The notes: generated by a model not told the origin, from the sequence alone. DNA of 64,000 nt from an uncultured Collinsella sp. (GCA_902493145.1 CABUOA010000003.1:6635-70634); one strand, 5' to 3'; positions 26,200-35,706 are shown, counted from the first letter of the stretch. Numbers and translations: made by a program.

Positions 26200-27510
26200 C
26201 TAATGGCGGGCGCGCATCCTCACCAAACGCACCATGGCGAACGCAAAGCCCACAGCGGCCACAGCCATCAACACATAGAACACCGAACGAAAACCAAACA
26301 GGAACACATCCGGACGGCCTGCAACAATACTGGTCACGGCCTCACCCATCGCCACGCTCATCTGCCCATACAGGATATGCGACGCCGCTGTAATGCCCAC
26401 TGCCATACCCGCATAGCGCGCCAGACTACCCAGGCTGCCCGCAAAACCGAGCGCCTCGCGCGGGGCCGAACCCATGTACAGCGAGTTGTTGGGACTCTGG
26501 AAAATCGACGTGCCACACGACATAAACGCGACGCAACACACGATCACAGGGATGGAAGAGTGCTCGTCGAGCGTGCTTACCGCAAAGAGACCGCATACGT
26601 ACACGCCTAGGCCGACCGCCGTAGGGCCCTCGCAGCCAACACGGTCCGAAACCGTACCCGAAAGCGGGCCGATAAAGGCATTCACCATCGGCAACGCCAA
26701 AAAGAGTAGTCCAGAGATGTCGGAACCAAAGCCGTGGGCGTCCTGAAAATAGAACGGCAGGATAAACTCTGATGCGCCAATACCAACGAACACGATGAGC
26801 ATGCAGGCGAGGTTGATGGTGAAGGCCGAATTTGCAAAGCAGCGACGAGCAGCCTCGATCAGGGACATGGGGCGCTCGCCAGCCTCCGGCTTAACATGCG
26901 GCAGCGTATAGAGCCCCACGATAAACGAGATGACGCCAATGGGCAGGTTGATGAGGAAGATGCTCTCCCAGGGAAAGCTTGCCACCAGCATGCCGCCCAG
27001 CACGGGGCCACACATCATGCCGAGGGCCACGAAGGTCGCGAGAATACCCATGGCACGACCGCGCTCGCGCGCCGGAAACGACTCGGTGATGATACCCATG
27101 TTGTTAGCCATGGCCGCCGCGCAGCCGACGCCCTGCACAATGCGTGCCAGGATAAGAACTTCGAGCGAACTCGAAAGGCCGCAAAGCAGCGAGCCGGCCG
27201 TAAAAACGATTACGCCCAGCTGGAATACGCCCACCTTGCCGCGCACGTCGCCCAAGCGGCCAAACGGCAGCATAGCCACGCATGTCGCAAGCAGGTACAC
27301 CGAGCTCACCAGCTGGATGCGGTCGAGGCCCACGCCCAGCTCCTTTTGCATCACGGGCAACGCCACGGTCACGACGGTCGAATCCAGACACGACATAAAC
27401 GTCATGATGAGCACGGTAAACAGAATCGCCCATTTGTTCTTGCCATGGGTTTCGCCCTCAAGGGCAATGTGCTCGCGGCGCAGCTGCTCTGCGGTTTTCT
27501 CCATATCCAT
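26200..27510 (-). CDS. MFS transporter (drug:H+ antiporter-like)
   Basis: Polytopic. LPFGRLGDVRGK motif A-like loop. The start is either the MDMEKT or the MEKT methionine. Confidence 0.8.
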   Translation of the reverse strand: MDMEKTAEQLRREHIALEGETHGKNKWAILFTVLIMTFMSCLDSTVVTVALPVMQKELGVGLDRIQLVSSVYLLATCVAMLPFGRLGDVRGKVGVFQLGVIVFTAGSLLCGLSSSLEVLILARIVQGVGCAAAMANNMGIITESFPARERGRAMGILATFVALGMMCGPVLGGMLVASFPWESIFLINLPIGVISFIVGLYTLPHVKPEAGERPMSLIEAARRCFANSAFTINLACMLIVFVGIGASEFILPFYFQDAHGFGSDISGLLFLALPMVNAFIGPLSGTVSDRVGCEGPTAVGLGVYVCGLFAVSTLDEHSSIPVIVCCVAFMSCGTSIFQSPNNSLYMGSAPREALGFAGSLGSLARYAGMAVGITAASHILYGQMSVAMGEAVTSIVAGRPDVFLFGFRSVFYVLMAVAAVGFAFAMVRLVRMRARH

Positions 27511-27527
27511 CCTTTCGAGTGGCACAA

Positions 27528-27572
27528 CGCAAAAACGGGGCCCCAATCGCCTACAAACAGTCGCGATTGGGG
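27528..27572 (-). terminator. Rho-independent terminator after metY
   Basis: On the minus strand, CCCCAATCGCG-N10-GCGATTGGGG is followed by CCCCGTTTTTGCG. Confidence 0.7.
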
Positions 27573-27645
27573 TCCCGCCTACGGAATCGGAACGAAAGGT
27601 CGCCGAAGCTTTCTGCCAGCATCGGCGCCTTATGCGAACGCTAGC

Positions 27646-28935
27646 CTAGCACTGCTCGAGTGCCTGCTCAAGGTCGGCAATCAGATCGGCCGTATCCTCG
27701 AGGCCGCACGACAGGCGCACCATGTCGGCGGAGATGCCACAGGCGATGAGCTCCTCATCGTTCATCTGGCGATGCGTGGCATTAGCGGGATGCAGGCAGC
27801 AAGTGCGAGCATCGGCCACATGCGTGGCGATCTGGGCGAGTTTAAGGCTCTTCATAAAGGTCTCGGCCGCCGCGCGACCACCGTTAAAGCCAAAGCTCAC
27901 GACGCCGCAGGTACCGTTGGGCATGTACTTCTGAGCCAGGTCATAGTACTTATCGCCCTCCAGGCCCGGATGGCTCACAAAGCGCACCTTGGGATGGCTC
28001 TGCAGGAACTTAGCAACGGCCAGGCCGTTCTCACAATGACGCGGCATACGCACATGCAGGCTCTCGAGCGAGCTATTCAGGAAAAACGCCGCCTGCGGGT
28101 TCTGCATGGGGCCGAGGTCGCGCATGAGCTGAGCGGTTGCCTTGGTAATGAAGGCACCCTCGCGACCGAACTTCTCGGCATAGGTCACGCCGTGATAGCT
28201 CTCGTCGGGCGTGGTGAGACCCGGGAACTTGTCTGCATGGGCCATCCAGTCAAACTGGCCGTGGTCGACGATCACGCCACCCAGGTAGGCCGCATGCCCA
28301 TCCATGTACTTGGTGGTAGAGTGCGTGACGATGTCGGCGCCCCACTCAAAGGGACGGCACATCACGGGCGTCGGGAAGGTGTTGTCGACCATCAGCGGCA
28401 CGCCGTGGTCATGCGCGGCCTTGGCAAAGCGCTCAATATCGAGCACGGCAAGGGCGGGGTTGGCAATCGTCTCGCCAAAGACGAGCTTGGTATTGGGCTC
28501 AAAGGCTGCCTCCAGCTCCTCATCGGTGCAGTCGGGGGCGACAAACGTGCAAGCCACGCCCATGCGGCCCATGGTGTGGGCGAGCAGGTTATACGTACCG
28601 CCGTAGATAGCAGAGCTCGCGACCACGTGATCACCGGCACCGGCCACGTTAAAGATCGCGAGGAAGTTCGCGGCCATGCCCGAACTCGTGAGCATCGCAG
28701 CGGTGCCGCCCTCCATCTCGCAGATCTTGGCGGCAACCAGATCGCACGTGGGATTCTGCAGACGGCTGTAGAAGTAGCCCGACTCCTCCAGGTCAAACAG
28801 CTTGCCCATGTGCTCGGACGTGTCGTATTTCCACGTGGTGGACTGGTAGATGGGCACCTGGCGCGGCTCCGCATCGCCCGGATGATAGCCGCCCTGAACA
28901 CATGTAGTTCCGATGGTCTGCTCGCTCATATCCAA
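27646..28935 (-). CDS. metY: O-acetylhomoserine aminocarboxypropyltransferase / sulfhydrylase
   Basis: 429 aa. YSRLQNPT, and HSTTKYMDGHA containing the PLP lysine. Cys/Met-metabolism PLP family. Confidence 0.9.
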   Translation of the reverse strand: MDMSEQTIGTTCVQGGYHPGDAEPRQVPIYQSTTWKYDTSEHMGKLFDLEESGYFYSRLQNPTCDLVAAKICEMEGGTAAMLTSSGMAANFLAIFNVAGAGDHVVASSAIYGGTYNLLAHTMGRMGVACTFVAPDCTDEELEAAFEPNTKLVFGETIANPALAVLDIERFAKAAHDHGVPLMVDNTFPTPVMCRPFEWGADIVTHSTTKYMDGHAAYLGGVIVDHGQFDWMAHADKFPGLTTPDESYHGVTYAEKFGREGAFITKATAQLMRDLGPMQNPQAAFFLNSSLESLHVRMPRHCENGLAVAKFLQSHPKVRFVSHPGLEGDKYYDLAQKYMPNGTCGVVSFGFNGGRAAAETFMKSLKLAQIATHVADARTCCLHPANATHRQMNDEELIACGISADMVRLSCGLEDTADLIADLEQALEQC

Positions 28936-29017
28936 CTCCCTTACTTGGGTTTTGTTTTTATTCGGTTCACGATACCGCTACCCCGCACCCCTCTCAACCC
29001 ATCCCGCCGATAGGTTA

Positions 29018-29057
29018 TGGGACAAATTAATCAGGTTTATTTGTCCCAAATCTTAAG
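29018..29057 (+). repeat. 40-nt hairpin element, copy 1 (TGGGACAAA-N14-TTTGTCCCA plus AATCTTAAG tail)
   Basis: 36 of 40 nt identical to 41180-41219. All four differences fall in the 3' half of the loop. Confidence 0.75.
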
Positions 29058-29163
29058 AAAGTGTTCGATGGCGAAAAACAATGAGATATGCACTGCGGTC
29101 TCGATAAGCGAATGCGCCGGCAAGGGTACCATAGGCGGGTACACCATGAACAAGGAGACAACG

Positions 29164-29610
29164 ATGAAGCAGATCGATACCACCCAGCTCAACACTGCCG
29201 CCTGCCAGGCTCAGGCTGCCGAGTACCACGCCCGCGGCTTTAACTGCGCCCAGGCTGTCGCTTGCACGCTCGCGCCCGCTGTGGGGCTCGACCCCCAGAT
29301 CGCCTTTACCCTCACCGAGGGCTTTGGCGCCGGCATGGGCGGCATGACCGAGACCTGCGGCGCCATCTCGGGCGCCGTGGCCATCATGGGCTTTGTGATG
29401 AGCGACGGTATGGAGAACCCCAAGACCAAGGGCCAGACCTACAAGCTGTCGCGCGAGATTGCCAAGCGCTTTGGCGAGAAGAACACCACGACCGTCTGCG
29501 GCACGCTCAAAGGCGTCGGATCGGACCAGGGTCCGCTCCGCAGCTGCCCCGGCTGCATCGACGACGCCGTCGACATCGCCTGCGATGTGCTAAAGCAGCT
29601 CGCCGAGTAA
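29164..29610 (+). CDS. C_GCAxxG_C_C family protein
   Basis: GFNCAQAV, CGAISGA and CPGCIDD cysteine pattern. ATG 29164 is preceded by AAGGAGA. ATG 29146 is an alternative. Confidence 0.8.
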   Translation: MKQIDTTQLNTAACQAQAAEYHARGFNCAQAVACTLAPAVGLDPQIAFTLTEGFGAGMGGMTETCGAISGAVAIMGFVMSDGMENPKTKGQTYKLSREIAKRFGEKNTTTVCGTLKGVGSDQGPLRSCPGCIDDAVDIACDVLKQLAE

Positions 29611-29677
29611 ACGGCGACAACATAAAACGACGGCCGGCGCGCTTGGGATTCATCCAAAAGCACGCCGGCCGTCGTCG

Positions 29678-30316
29678 TTAGAACTCGGCAAATTCGGGAG
29701 CGCCGACCTCAATCTCCTCACGCCCCGCCATAAGCTCGCGCATCTTAACGCAAAACGGCTCCTGCTCCCCCGCCTTAAACACCAAATGAATCGTCACGGC
29801 ATCCGCGTAATCGGTATCCGAAACCTTGGCATCCGAATCCTGGGCCAAACGAAGCACTTGCTCATACTGTGGATAGGCCACACGCACATCAACCGGCACG
29901 ACGCTCGTCATCTCAACGATCTGCCCGGCTTCCTGAGCCGCAGCCACCGCCGTCTGCGTCGCCGCGGTATAGGCGCGTACCAAGCCACCAGGTCCCAACA
30001 ACGTACCACCAAAATAGCGCGTCACTACGCAGCAAACATTTTTGAGCCCCGCTCCGCGCAGCACCTCGAGCGTCGGCATGCCGCTCGTACGGCTCGGCTC
30101 ACCATCATCGCTCTGGCGCTCGCGTCCATCGACCAAAATCCACGCGGGAACATTGTGTCGAGCGTCGTAATGGCGCTTTCGAACCGTCTCGATAAAGGCA
30201 TTTGCCTCATCTTCGGACTCAATATGGACCAGCTGGGCAATAAACCGACTCTTGCGGTCCACAAACTCGCCCGAAACCTCAATATTCGATTGCAGAGTAA
30301 AATAGCTGTCCAACAA
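29678..30316 (-). CDS. yigZ: YigZ / IMPACT-family protein
   Basis: VDRKSRFIAQL, ARHNVPAW, GEPSRTSG and VTRYFGGTLLG motifs. Confidence 0.85.
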   Translation of the reverse strand: MLDSYFTLQSNIEVSGEFVDRKSRFIAQLVHIESEDEANAFIETVRKRHYDARHNVPAWILVDGRERQSDDGEPSRTSGMPTLEVLRGAGLKNVCCVVTRYFGGTLLGPGGLVRAYTAATQTAVAAAQEAGQIVEMTSVVPVDVRVAYPQYEQVLRLAQDSDAKVSDTDYADAVTIHLVFKAGEQEPFCVKMRELMAGREEIEVGAPEFAEF

Positions 30317-30428
30317 AGCCCCTCAACAACAAGCAAAGCAACAAACAGCCTCAATAATACGGCAAAGGGTGTACCGTTGCCCTCGCCAACAAGAACGGAA
30401 ACGCCAATGATGCCGTCACCAACAGCGA

Positions 30429-30526
30429 GACGGCGTCAGCTGAGTCGATTTGGCCCGAAAGAGGAGGGAGCACGCCTTATGGCGGCGACCGACGAATGAG
30501 CGCCAAATCGGCCAGCTGACGCCGTC
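30429..30526 (+). repeat. Structured imperfect-palindrome repeat, copy C (between yigZ and rnpB)
   Basis: 14-bp perfect outer stem GACGGCGTCAGCTG/CAGCTGACGCCGTC. Inner arm TCGATTTGGC/GCCAAATCGG with one G.U. Core CGAAAGAGGAGGGAGCACGCC-TTAT-GGCGGCGACCGACGAATGA aligns with copies A and B. Confidence 0.65.
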
Positions 30527-30539
30527 GCAGCGTCAACAA

Positions 30540-30908
30540 GAAAGCTGAGTGGGCCGATAAGCCGGGTTCTGTCGTGAACGGTCATTTATCTTGTCTGCAC
30601 GTTACCGTGCAGCTCCACGCACGCTACCCGAACGCGGACCGGGCCGGCCCATAGCGTTCCTATTCGCGCTTGCTCCGGATGGGGCTTGCCAAGCCGCCGT
30701 GTTGCCACGACGCTGGTGGTCTCTTACACCACCGTTTCAGCTTTTCCCTTTACGCCTTGCGGCGCAGGTGGGAGTCTTCTTTTCTGCGGCGCTTTCCGTC
30801 GGATCACTCCGCCCGGCCGTTAGCCGGCATCCCGCCCTCTGGAGCCCGGACTTTCCTCACGCGTACTGCAAGCAGCACATCGCGCGACCGTCTGGCCCAC
30901 TCAGCAGT
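30540..30908 (-). ncRNA. rnpB: RNase P RNA, bacterial type A
   Basis: The minus strand contains GAGGAAAGTCCGGGCTCCA (the P4 region) and the 3' end CACGACAGAACCCGGCTTATCGGCCCACTCAGC. That 3' end pairs with the 5' GCTGAGTGGGCC to form P1. The ends are approximate. Confidence 0.9.
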
Positions 30909-30997
30909 GCAAAAGTGTAACACACCGTTGCCGCAGGCAATGGCACAACGCAAACGCTCGACACGATAAACCAAGAACCGCCATGCGCTACAATGGT

Positions 30998-31108
30998 CCT
31001 GTCGATGGGCAACGTCGTCAGTCGAGACGCGACCGCGCTCCGTACCCCTCCGTCTACTCGGTGTGTTCCCGCCTCCTCCCCGAGGCGGGATGTCGGCTTT
31101 TTTCATGC
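30998..31108 (+). ncRNA. Candidate small RNA with two C-rich loops (6C-like), ending in an intrinsic terminator
   Basis: TACAAT at 30988-30993. Downstream is a region carrying the C-rich run ACCCCTCC. It ends with the hairpin CCCGCCTC-CTCCCC-GAGGCGGG followed by a run of six T starting 9 nt downstream (ATGTCGGCTTTTTT). No convincing ORF. Confidence 0.35.
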
Positions 31109-31164
31109 ACCGACAATCCAATAGCCTGTGGACAGCCCGGCAGCATTGCGCATCTCGGTGCCAA

Positions 31165-31200
31165 ATGCAAAAAGGGACCCGTCCATTACGGACGGATCCC
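31165..31200 (-). terminator. Rho-independent terminator after rpsA
   Basis: On the minus strand, GGGATCCGTCC-GTAAT-GGACGGGTCCC is followed by TTTTTGCATTT. Confidence 0.8.
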
Positions 31201-31226
31201 TTAAAACAAGTGATCGTCAAACCGAT

Positions 31227-32393
31227 TTACTCGGCGTCAGTCTCCTCGTCCTTCTTCTCGGAAGGCAGCGGGGTAACCTCGATCTCGACGCCCAGAGTCT
31301 CAGCAGCGGACTTCATGGACAGGGAGATACGACGACGGTCGAGGTCGATCTCCATGACCTTGACCTGAACCTTGTCGCCCACGTGGGTAACCTGAGAAGG
31401 CTGGTCGACGTGCTTGTTGGCCATCTCGGAGATGTGCACCAGGCCCTCGATGCCCTCGCCCAAGTCGACGAAAGCGCCAAACGGGACAAGCTTGGTCACA
31501 GTGCCCTCGACGATAGCGCCGACGGGGTACTTCTTGACCAGTGCGCGCCACGGATCCTCGGTGGTCTGCTTGAGACCCAGGGAGATGCGCTCGCGGTTGA
31601 GATCGACGTCGAGAACCTCGACCTCGACCTCCTGGCCGACCTTGACAACCTCGGAAGGATGGTTGACGTGGTTCCAGGAGAGCTCGGAGATGTGGATGAG
31701 GCCGTCGATACCGCCGAGGTCGACGAAGGCGCCGAAGTCGACGATGGAGGAAACGGTACCCTGGAGACGCATGCCAGACTTGAGCTTGGACAGGATCTCG
31801 GAGCGCTCGGCCTTACGGGACTCCTCGAGCACGACGCGACGGGAGAGGACGACGTTGTTGCGGTTGCGGTCCATCTCGATGACGCGGGCCTCGATGCGGG
31901 TGCCCATGTAAGAGGTGAGGTCCTTGACGCGACGGAGGTCGACGAGGGAAGCGGGCAGGAAGCCACGCAGGCCGATGTCGAGGATCAGGCCGCCCTTGAC
32001 AACCTCGATAACCTCGCCCTCGACGTTCTCGCCGGAGTTGAACTTCTCCTCGATGCGGTTCCAAGCACGCTCGTACTCGGCACGCTTCTTGGACAGGACC
32101 AGACGACCGTCCTTGTCCTCCTTCTGGAGAACCAGAGCCTCGATGGGATCACCGAGTGCAACGATGTCTGCAGGGTTAGCGTCCTTGCGGATGGACAGCT
32201 CGCGGACCGGGATAACGCCCTCGGACTTGAATCCGATGTCAACGAGCACCTCGTCATGCTCGATCTTAACGACAGTGCCGTTAACGAGATCGCCCTCATC
32301 AAAGTCGGTAATCGTACCGTCGATGAGGTTGTTCATCTCCTCCTCGTTGACATCGTCAAGAGAGAAAATGGACGAGTTCTGAATCTCACTCAA
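31227..32393 (-). CDS. rpsA: 30S ribosomal protein S1 (four S1 domains)
   Basis: 388 aa with repeated S1 motifs (GTVVKIEHDEVLVDIGFKSEG, GEVIEVVKGGLILDIG, GTVSSIVDFGAFVDLGG, GTVTKLVPFGAFVDLG). Confidence 0.95.
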   Translation of the reverse strand: MSEIQNSSIFSLDDVNEEEMNNLIDGTITDFDEGDLVNGTVVKIEHDEVLVDIGFKSEGVIPVRELSIRKDANPADIVALGDPIEALVLQKEDKDGRLVLSKKRAEYERAWNRIEEKFNSGENVEGEVIEVVKGGLILDIGLRGFLPASLVDLRRVKDLTSYMGTRIEARVIEMDRNRNNVVLSRRVVLEESRKAERSEILSKLKSGMRLQGTVSSIVDFGAFVDLGGIDGLIHISELSWNHVNHPSEVVKVGQEVEVEVLDVDLNRERISLGLKQTTEDPWRALVKKYPVGAIVEGTVTKLVPFGAFVDLGEGIEGLVHISEMANKHVDQPSQVTHVGDKVQVKVMEIDLDRRRISLSMKSAAETLGVEIEVTPLPSEKKDEETDAE

Positions 32394-32708
32394 AGGTGGA
32401 CCCCTTTCGAACTACGGGGCCCCGATTGCTAGGACCTACAGAAGGGTGCGACAAGCACACAACGTTTAGGAACACTCGGGAGCCGACAGATACTAATGTG
32501 ACGCTTATGCAATCACGTTCGTATAGGTTACGGGGAAATGAGTTCGATTTCAAGCGTGAACTGCGATTTTTTACTCGTGTGGAGACTTTTTCGTAATCTT
32601 ATGAACACACGTCTCCGCAACTTGACGATAACCAGCCAGGCATTCGGCTTTGGGGTAAAGTATCCGGAGCCAACGATTCTAGATCGATTTTTCGAGAAAG
32701 GTGCCCGC

Positions 32709-33467
32709 GTGCTCAAAGCAGTCGTTTTCGATATGGACGAAACGCTTCTTAGCATCAACCTCAACGCGTTCATCCTTCGATATTTTAAGGATGTCTCTTC
32801 GATGCTCGCGGATATCGGTCGCCGCAGCCGCGGTGGCACGATGGCACGCCTCGGCACCATCCTGGTCGACCTCAACGCCAATCGCCGCAGCAGCACGGAC
32901 AATCGCACCAATCTTGAGTTTTACCAAGAAGAGGTCGAGCGCCGATGCGGCATTTGCCTCTCGGACCCACTTATCTACGAGGCGTTTACCTACTACGACC
33001 GCGAAGTTCTTCCGTACAAGAATGACGAACTCATCAACGCCCATGCCATGCCGGGCGCACACGCCGCGCTTCAGACCGTACAGGACGCAGGGCTGCGCTG
33101 CGCGCTCTTTACCAACCCCAGCTTTCCGCAGGGGGCCATCGAGTGCCGCATGGGTTGGGGCGACCTGGCCGACGCCCCCTTTGAGCTCGTCACGCACATG
33201 GGAAACGCCACCCGCTGCAAGCCTGATGCCACCTACTATCTAGAGCAGCTTCAGGTGATGGGACTCGAACCGCACGAGGTCCTTATGGTGGGCAACGATC
33301 CCAAACGCGACTTCCCTAGTCCCGCCTGCGGCATTCAGACTGCCTATGTAGGCCAGGGCAAGCCCAACCGAGTCACCTGGCGCGGAACCATGGAAGGCTT
33401 CGCCCGCGACTTTAACGCCGTAGTAGAAGCCTTCTACGAACACCAAGTAGCCGACGAACTGTCCTAG
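32709..33467 (+). CDS. HAD-superfamily hydrolase
   Basis: VVFDMDETL (motif I), LFTNPS (motif II) and MVGNDPKRD (motif IV). GTG start chosen because of the GAAAGG upstream; the start is uncertain. Confidence 0.65.
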   Translation: MLKAVVFDMDETLLSINLNAFILRYFKDVSSMLADIGRRSRGGTMARLGTILVDLNANRRSSTDNRTNLEFYQEEVERRCGICLSDPLIYEAFTYYDREVLPYKNDELINAHAMPGAHAALQTVQDAGLRCALFTNPSFPQGAIECRMGWGDLADAPFELVTHMGNATRCKPDATYYLEQLQVMGLEPHEVLMVGNDPKRDFPSPACGIQTAYVGQGKPNRVTWRGTMEGFARDFNAVVEAFYEHQVADELS

Positions 33468-34783
33468 CACACTTGGGTTTTGCCGATCATGATGTTGAGG
33501 ATCTCGACGTCGGTATCTTTCATGCCCACACGGCCTACGTAGCCCATACTGGCGATTGTCTGCTCAACGGTATCTTGGATCAGGCCCTCGCCGGCGCGGA
33601 AGCCGCGACCCTGCATGGCCATATCATGGCCCAGAATCGCTGCATCGACGGCAGCCGAGATCTTGGCGGCACAGCTCGCCTTGGCGCCGTCGCACACGAT
33701 GCCGCCCACGTTACCGAGCGTATTCGAGACCGTCGCGCCAATCTGCTCGCGCGTGCCACCGCACAGCCAGGTAATCGCAGCGCCGGCGCCGCACGCGGCG
33801 CAAATAGCACCGCAAAACGCCGAAAGCGCACCAATATAGCTCTTGATATGCACGGCGATAAGATCGGACAGCATCACGGCGCGCACCAGACGCTCGTGGT
33901 CGCAGCGCAGGTACTCGGCATACTCCATGACGGGCAGTGCGCAGGTAATGCCCTGATTGCCCGAGCCGCACACAATGGCGACCGGTAGCGCGCAACCGTT
34001 CATGCGGGCGTCGGACCCGGCGGCCGCACGGGCACGGGCACGGCAGGCGACGTCATCGGCACGAGCACCCAGCAGCGTACGACCCACCTCGGCGCCCCAA
34101 GCGTGCGCAAGGCCCTCGGCACTGATTGCGCCATTCAGCTCAATCTGACGCTCAACGGCAGCGCGGGCGCCCTCAATGTCACCGTCCTCGATAAAGTCGA
34201 TGATGGAATCAATGGACATGGGCGTATCGGCGTTATCTGCCGCACGCTCGGCCACCACGCGCTCGGCGCAGGCGGCGCACTCCCCCGCCGACTTGCCGCA
34301 TACCGGAATACCATCGAGCGTATGGCACGTGACATTAGTGTGGTGATCGGTAATCTCGACGACCGCGGTATGGCCCCCGGCCGTCGCAGTCACCTTGATG
34401 TAGAGGTTGGGCACACCCTCGACAAGCGACACATCGCAGTAGCCGGCGTCGGCGAGGAGCTCGGCCACGCGAGCGCGGTCTTCATCGTTAACGCTCTCGA
34501 GCACCTCGAGCGCGCTCTTAGCGTCGCCGCCCACGGCACCCAGCACGGCCGCGGCTTCAATACCGTGCATACCGCCCGAGTTGGGCACGGTCACGCTCTT
34601 AACGTTCTTGATGATGTTGCCCGAGCAGGCAACGTCCATATGATCGGGTTCGCAACCGAGCGTCTGGCTCGCCAACGCCGCTGCATAGGCAACGGCAATA
34701 GGCTCGGTGCAGCCGAGCGCACAGACAAGCTCGCGGTTCAAAACATCGCAAAACGCGGCATCACGAAGGGAATCGGTAGGCAT
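33464..34783 (-). CDS. UPF0597/YhaM-type L-cysteine desulfidase family protein (serine dehydratase alpha-like)
   Basis: 439 aa. ALGCTEPIAVAYAAA and SGNIIKNVKSVTVPNSGG are characteristic of this family. Confidence 0.8.
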   Translation of the reverse strand: MPTDSLRDAAFCDVLNRELVCALGCTEPIAVAYAAALASQTLGCEPDHMDVACSGNIIKNVKSVTVPNSGGMHGIEAAAVLGAVGGDAKSALEVLESVNDEDRARVAELLADAGYCDVSLVEGVPNLYIKVTATAGGHTAVVEITDHHTNVTCHTLDGIPVCGKSAGECAACAERVVAERAADNADTPMSIDSIIDFIEDGDIEGARAAVERQIELNGAISAEGLAHAWGAEVGRTLLGARADDVACRARARAAAGSDARMNGCALPVAIVCGSGNQGITCALPVMEYAEYLRCDHERLVRAVMLSDLIAVHIKSYIGALSAFCGAICAACGAGAAITWLCGGTREQIGATVSNTLGNVGGIVCDGAKASCAAKISAAVDAAILGHDMAMQGRGFRAGEGLIQDTVEQTIASMGYVGRVGMKDTDVEILNIMIGKTQVC

Positions 34784-35055
34784 AGGTATCTCCTGCTTGC
34801 ATAACGGGCTGGTCTCTCAAAAATAATTAGCTCTTCTATTTGATAACAATGCATCAAAAACCGCAACCATGGTTCCGGCGGACGGCGCTCAAGCACAAAC
34901 TGGCGGCATTCATTCATGAAAAGCGGGTCTTGTTGCCTGCTAAAGCGTTTGATCAAAAAACGCCCGAGCGTTTACACAAAAGTCGCGCTATCATGCAGTC
35001 GAACGCGGTAAACACCTTTAGCATTTGCGCCGCACAGACCAGAGAGGAACCATCT

Positions 35056-35523
35056 ATGAAGATCGGTATCGGTAACGACCACGCCGCCGTCGAGCTCAAG
35101 AACATCATTTCCGAGCACCTGAAGGAGCGCGGCTGCGAGGTCGTGAACTTTGGCACCGACACCTCCGAGAGCTTTGACTACCCCATCGCCGGCTACAAGG
35201 TGGGTAAGGCCGTTGCCAACGGCGACGTCGACCTGGGCATCCTGATCTGCGGTACCGGCGTCGGGATCAGCCTGGCTGCCAACAAGGTCGAGGGCGTACG
35301 CGCCGTCGTGTGCTCCGAGCCCTTCAGCGCCAAGCTCTCCCGCATGCACAACAACACCAACGTGCTCGCCTTTGGCGCCCGCGTCGTTGGCTCCGAGCTC
35401 GCTAAGATGATCGTCGACGAGTGGCTCGACGCCGAGTTCGAGGGCGGCCGCCACGAGCGTCGCGTCAACCTCCTCAACGAGATCGACCAGACCCGCGGTC
35501 TCAAGGTCGTCGACGAGGCCTAA
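35056..35523 (+). CDS. rpiB: Ribose-5-phosphate isomerase B
   Basis: MKIGIGNDHAAVELK, ICGTGVGISLAANK and RHERRV motifs. AGAGAGGAA ribosome-binding site. Confidence 0.9.
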   Translation: MKIGIGNDHAAVELKNIISEHLKERGCEVVNFGTDTSESFDYPIAGYKVGKAVANGDVDLGILICGTGVGISLAANKVEGVRAVVCSEPFSAKLSRMHNNTNVLAFGARVVGSELAKMIVDEWLDAEFEGGRHERRVNLLNEIDQTRGLKVVDEA

Positions 35524-35550
35524 AGACTTACAACGCCATACGCTAGCGAC

Positions 35551-35596
35551 AGCCCCCGCCTGGAATGCACGCACATTCCAGGCGGGGGCTCTTTAG
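35551..35596 (+). terminator. Terminator hairpin after rpiB
   Basis: AGCCCCCGCCTGGAATG-CACGCA-CATTCCAGGCGGGGGCT is followed by CTTTAG. Confidence 0.7.
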
Positions 35597-35630
35597 TAGA
35601 TTTCTAGGCATGTCCCAAAAATCTACTGGA

Positions 35631-35668
35631 ATATAAAAGGGCGCCGCGGATGGAGTTCCGCGGCGCCC
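35631..35668 (-). terminator. Rho-independent terminator after ndk
   Basis: On the minus strand, GGGCGCCGCGGA-ACTCCA-TCCGCGGCGCCC is followed by TTTTAT. Confidence 0.75.
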
Positions 35669-35706
35669 AAGCCACACGCTAACAGCTTTAAGGAGTCAAA
35701 GCTGGT

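Noticed and set aside
26896-29013. 705-aa plus-strand ORF.
   Set aside because: Antisense to the MFS transporter and metY genes. It is a shadow ORF.
28936-29016. SAM riboswitch upstream of metY.
   Set aside because: Only ~80 nt are available, with none of the SAM-I/SAM-IV conserved junction sequences.
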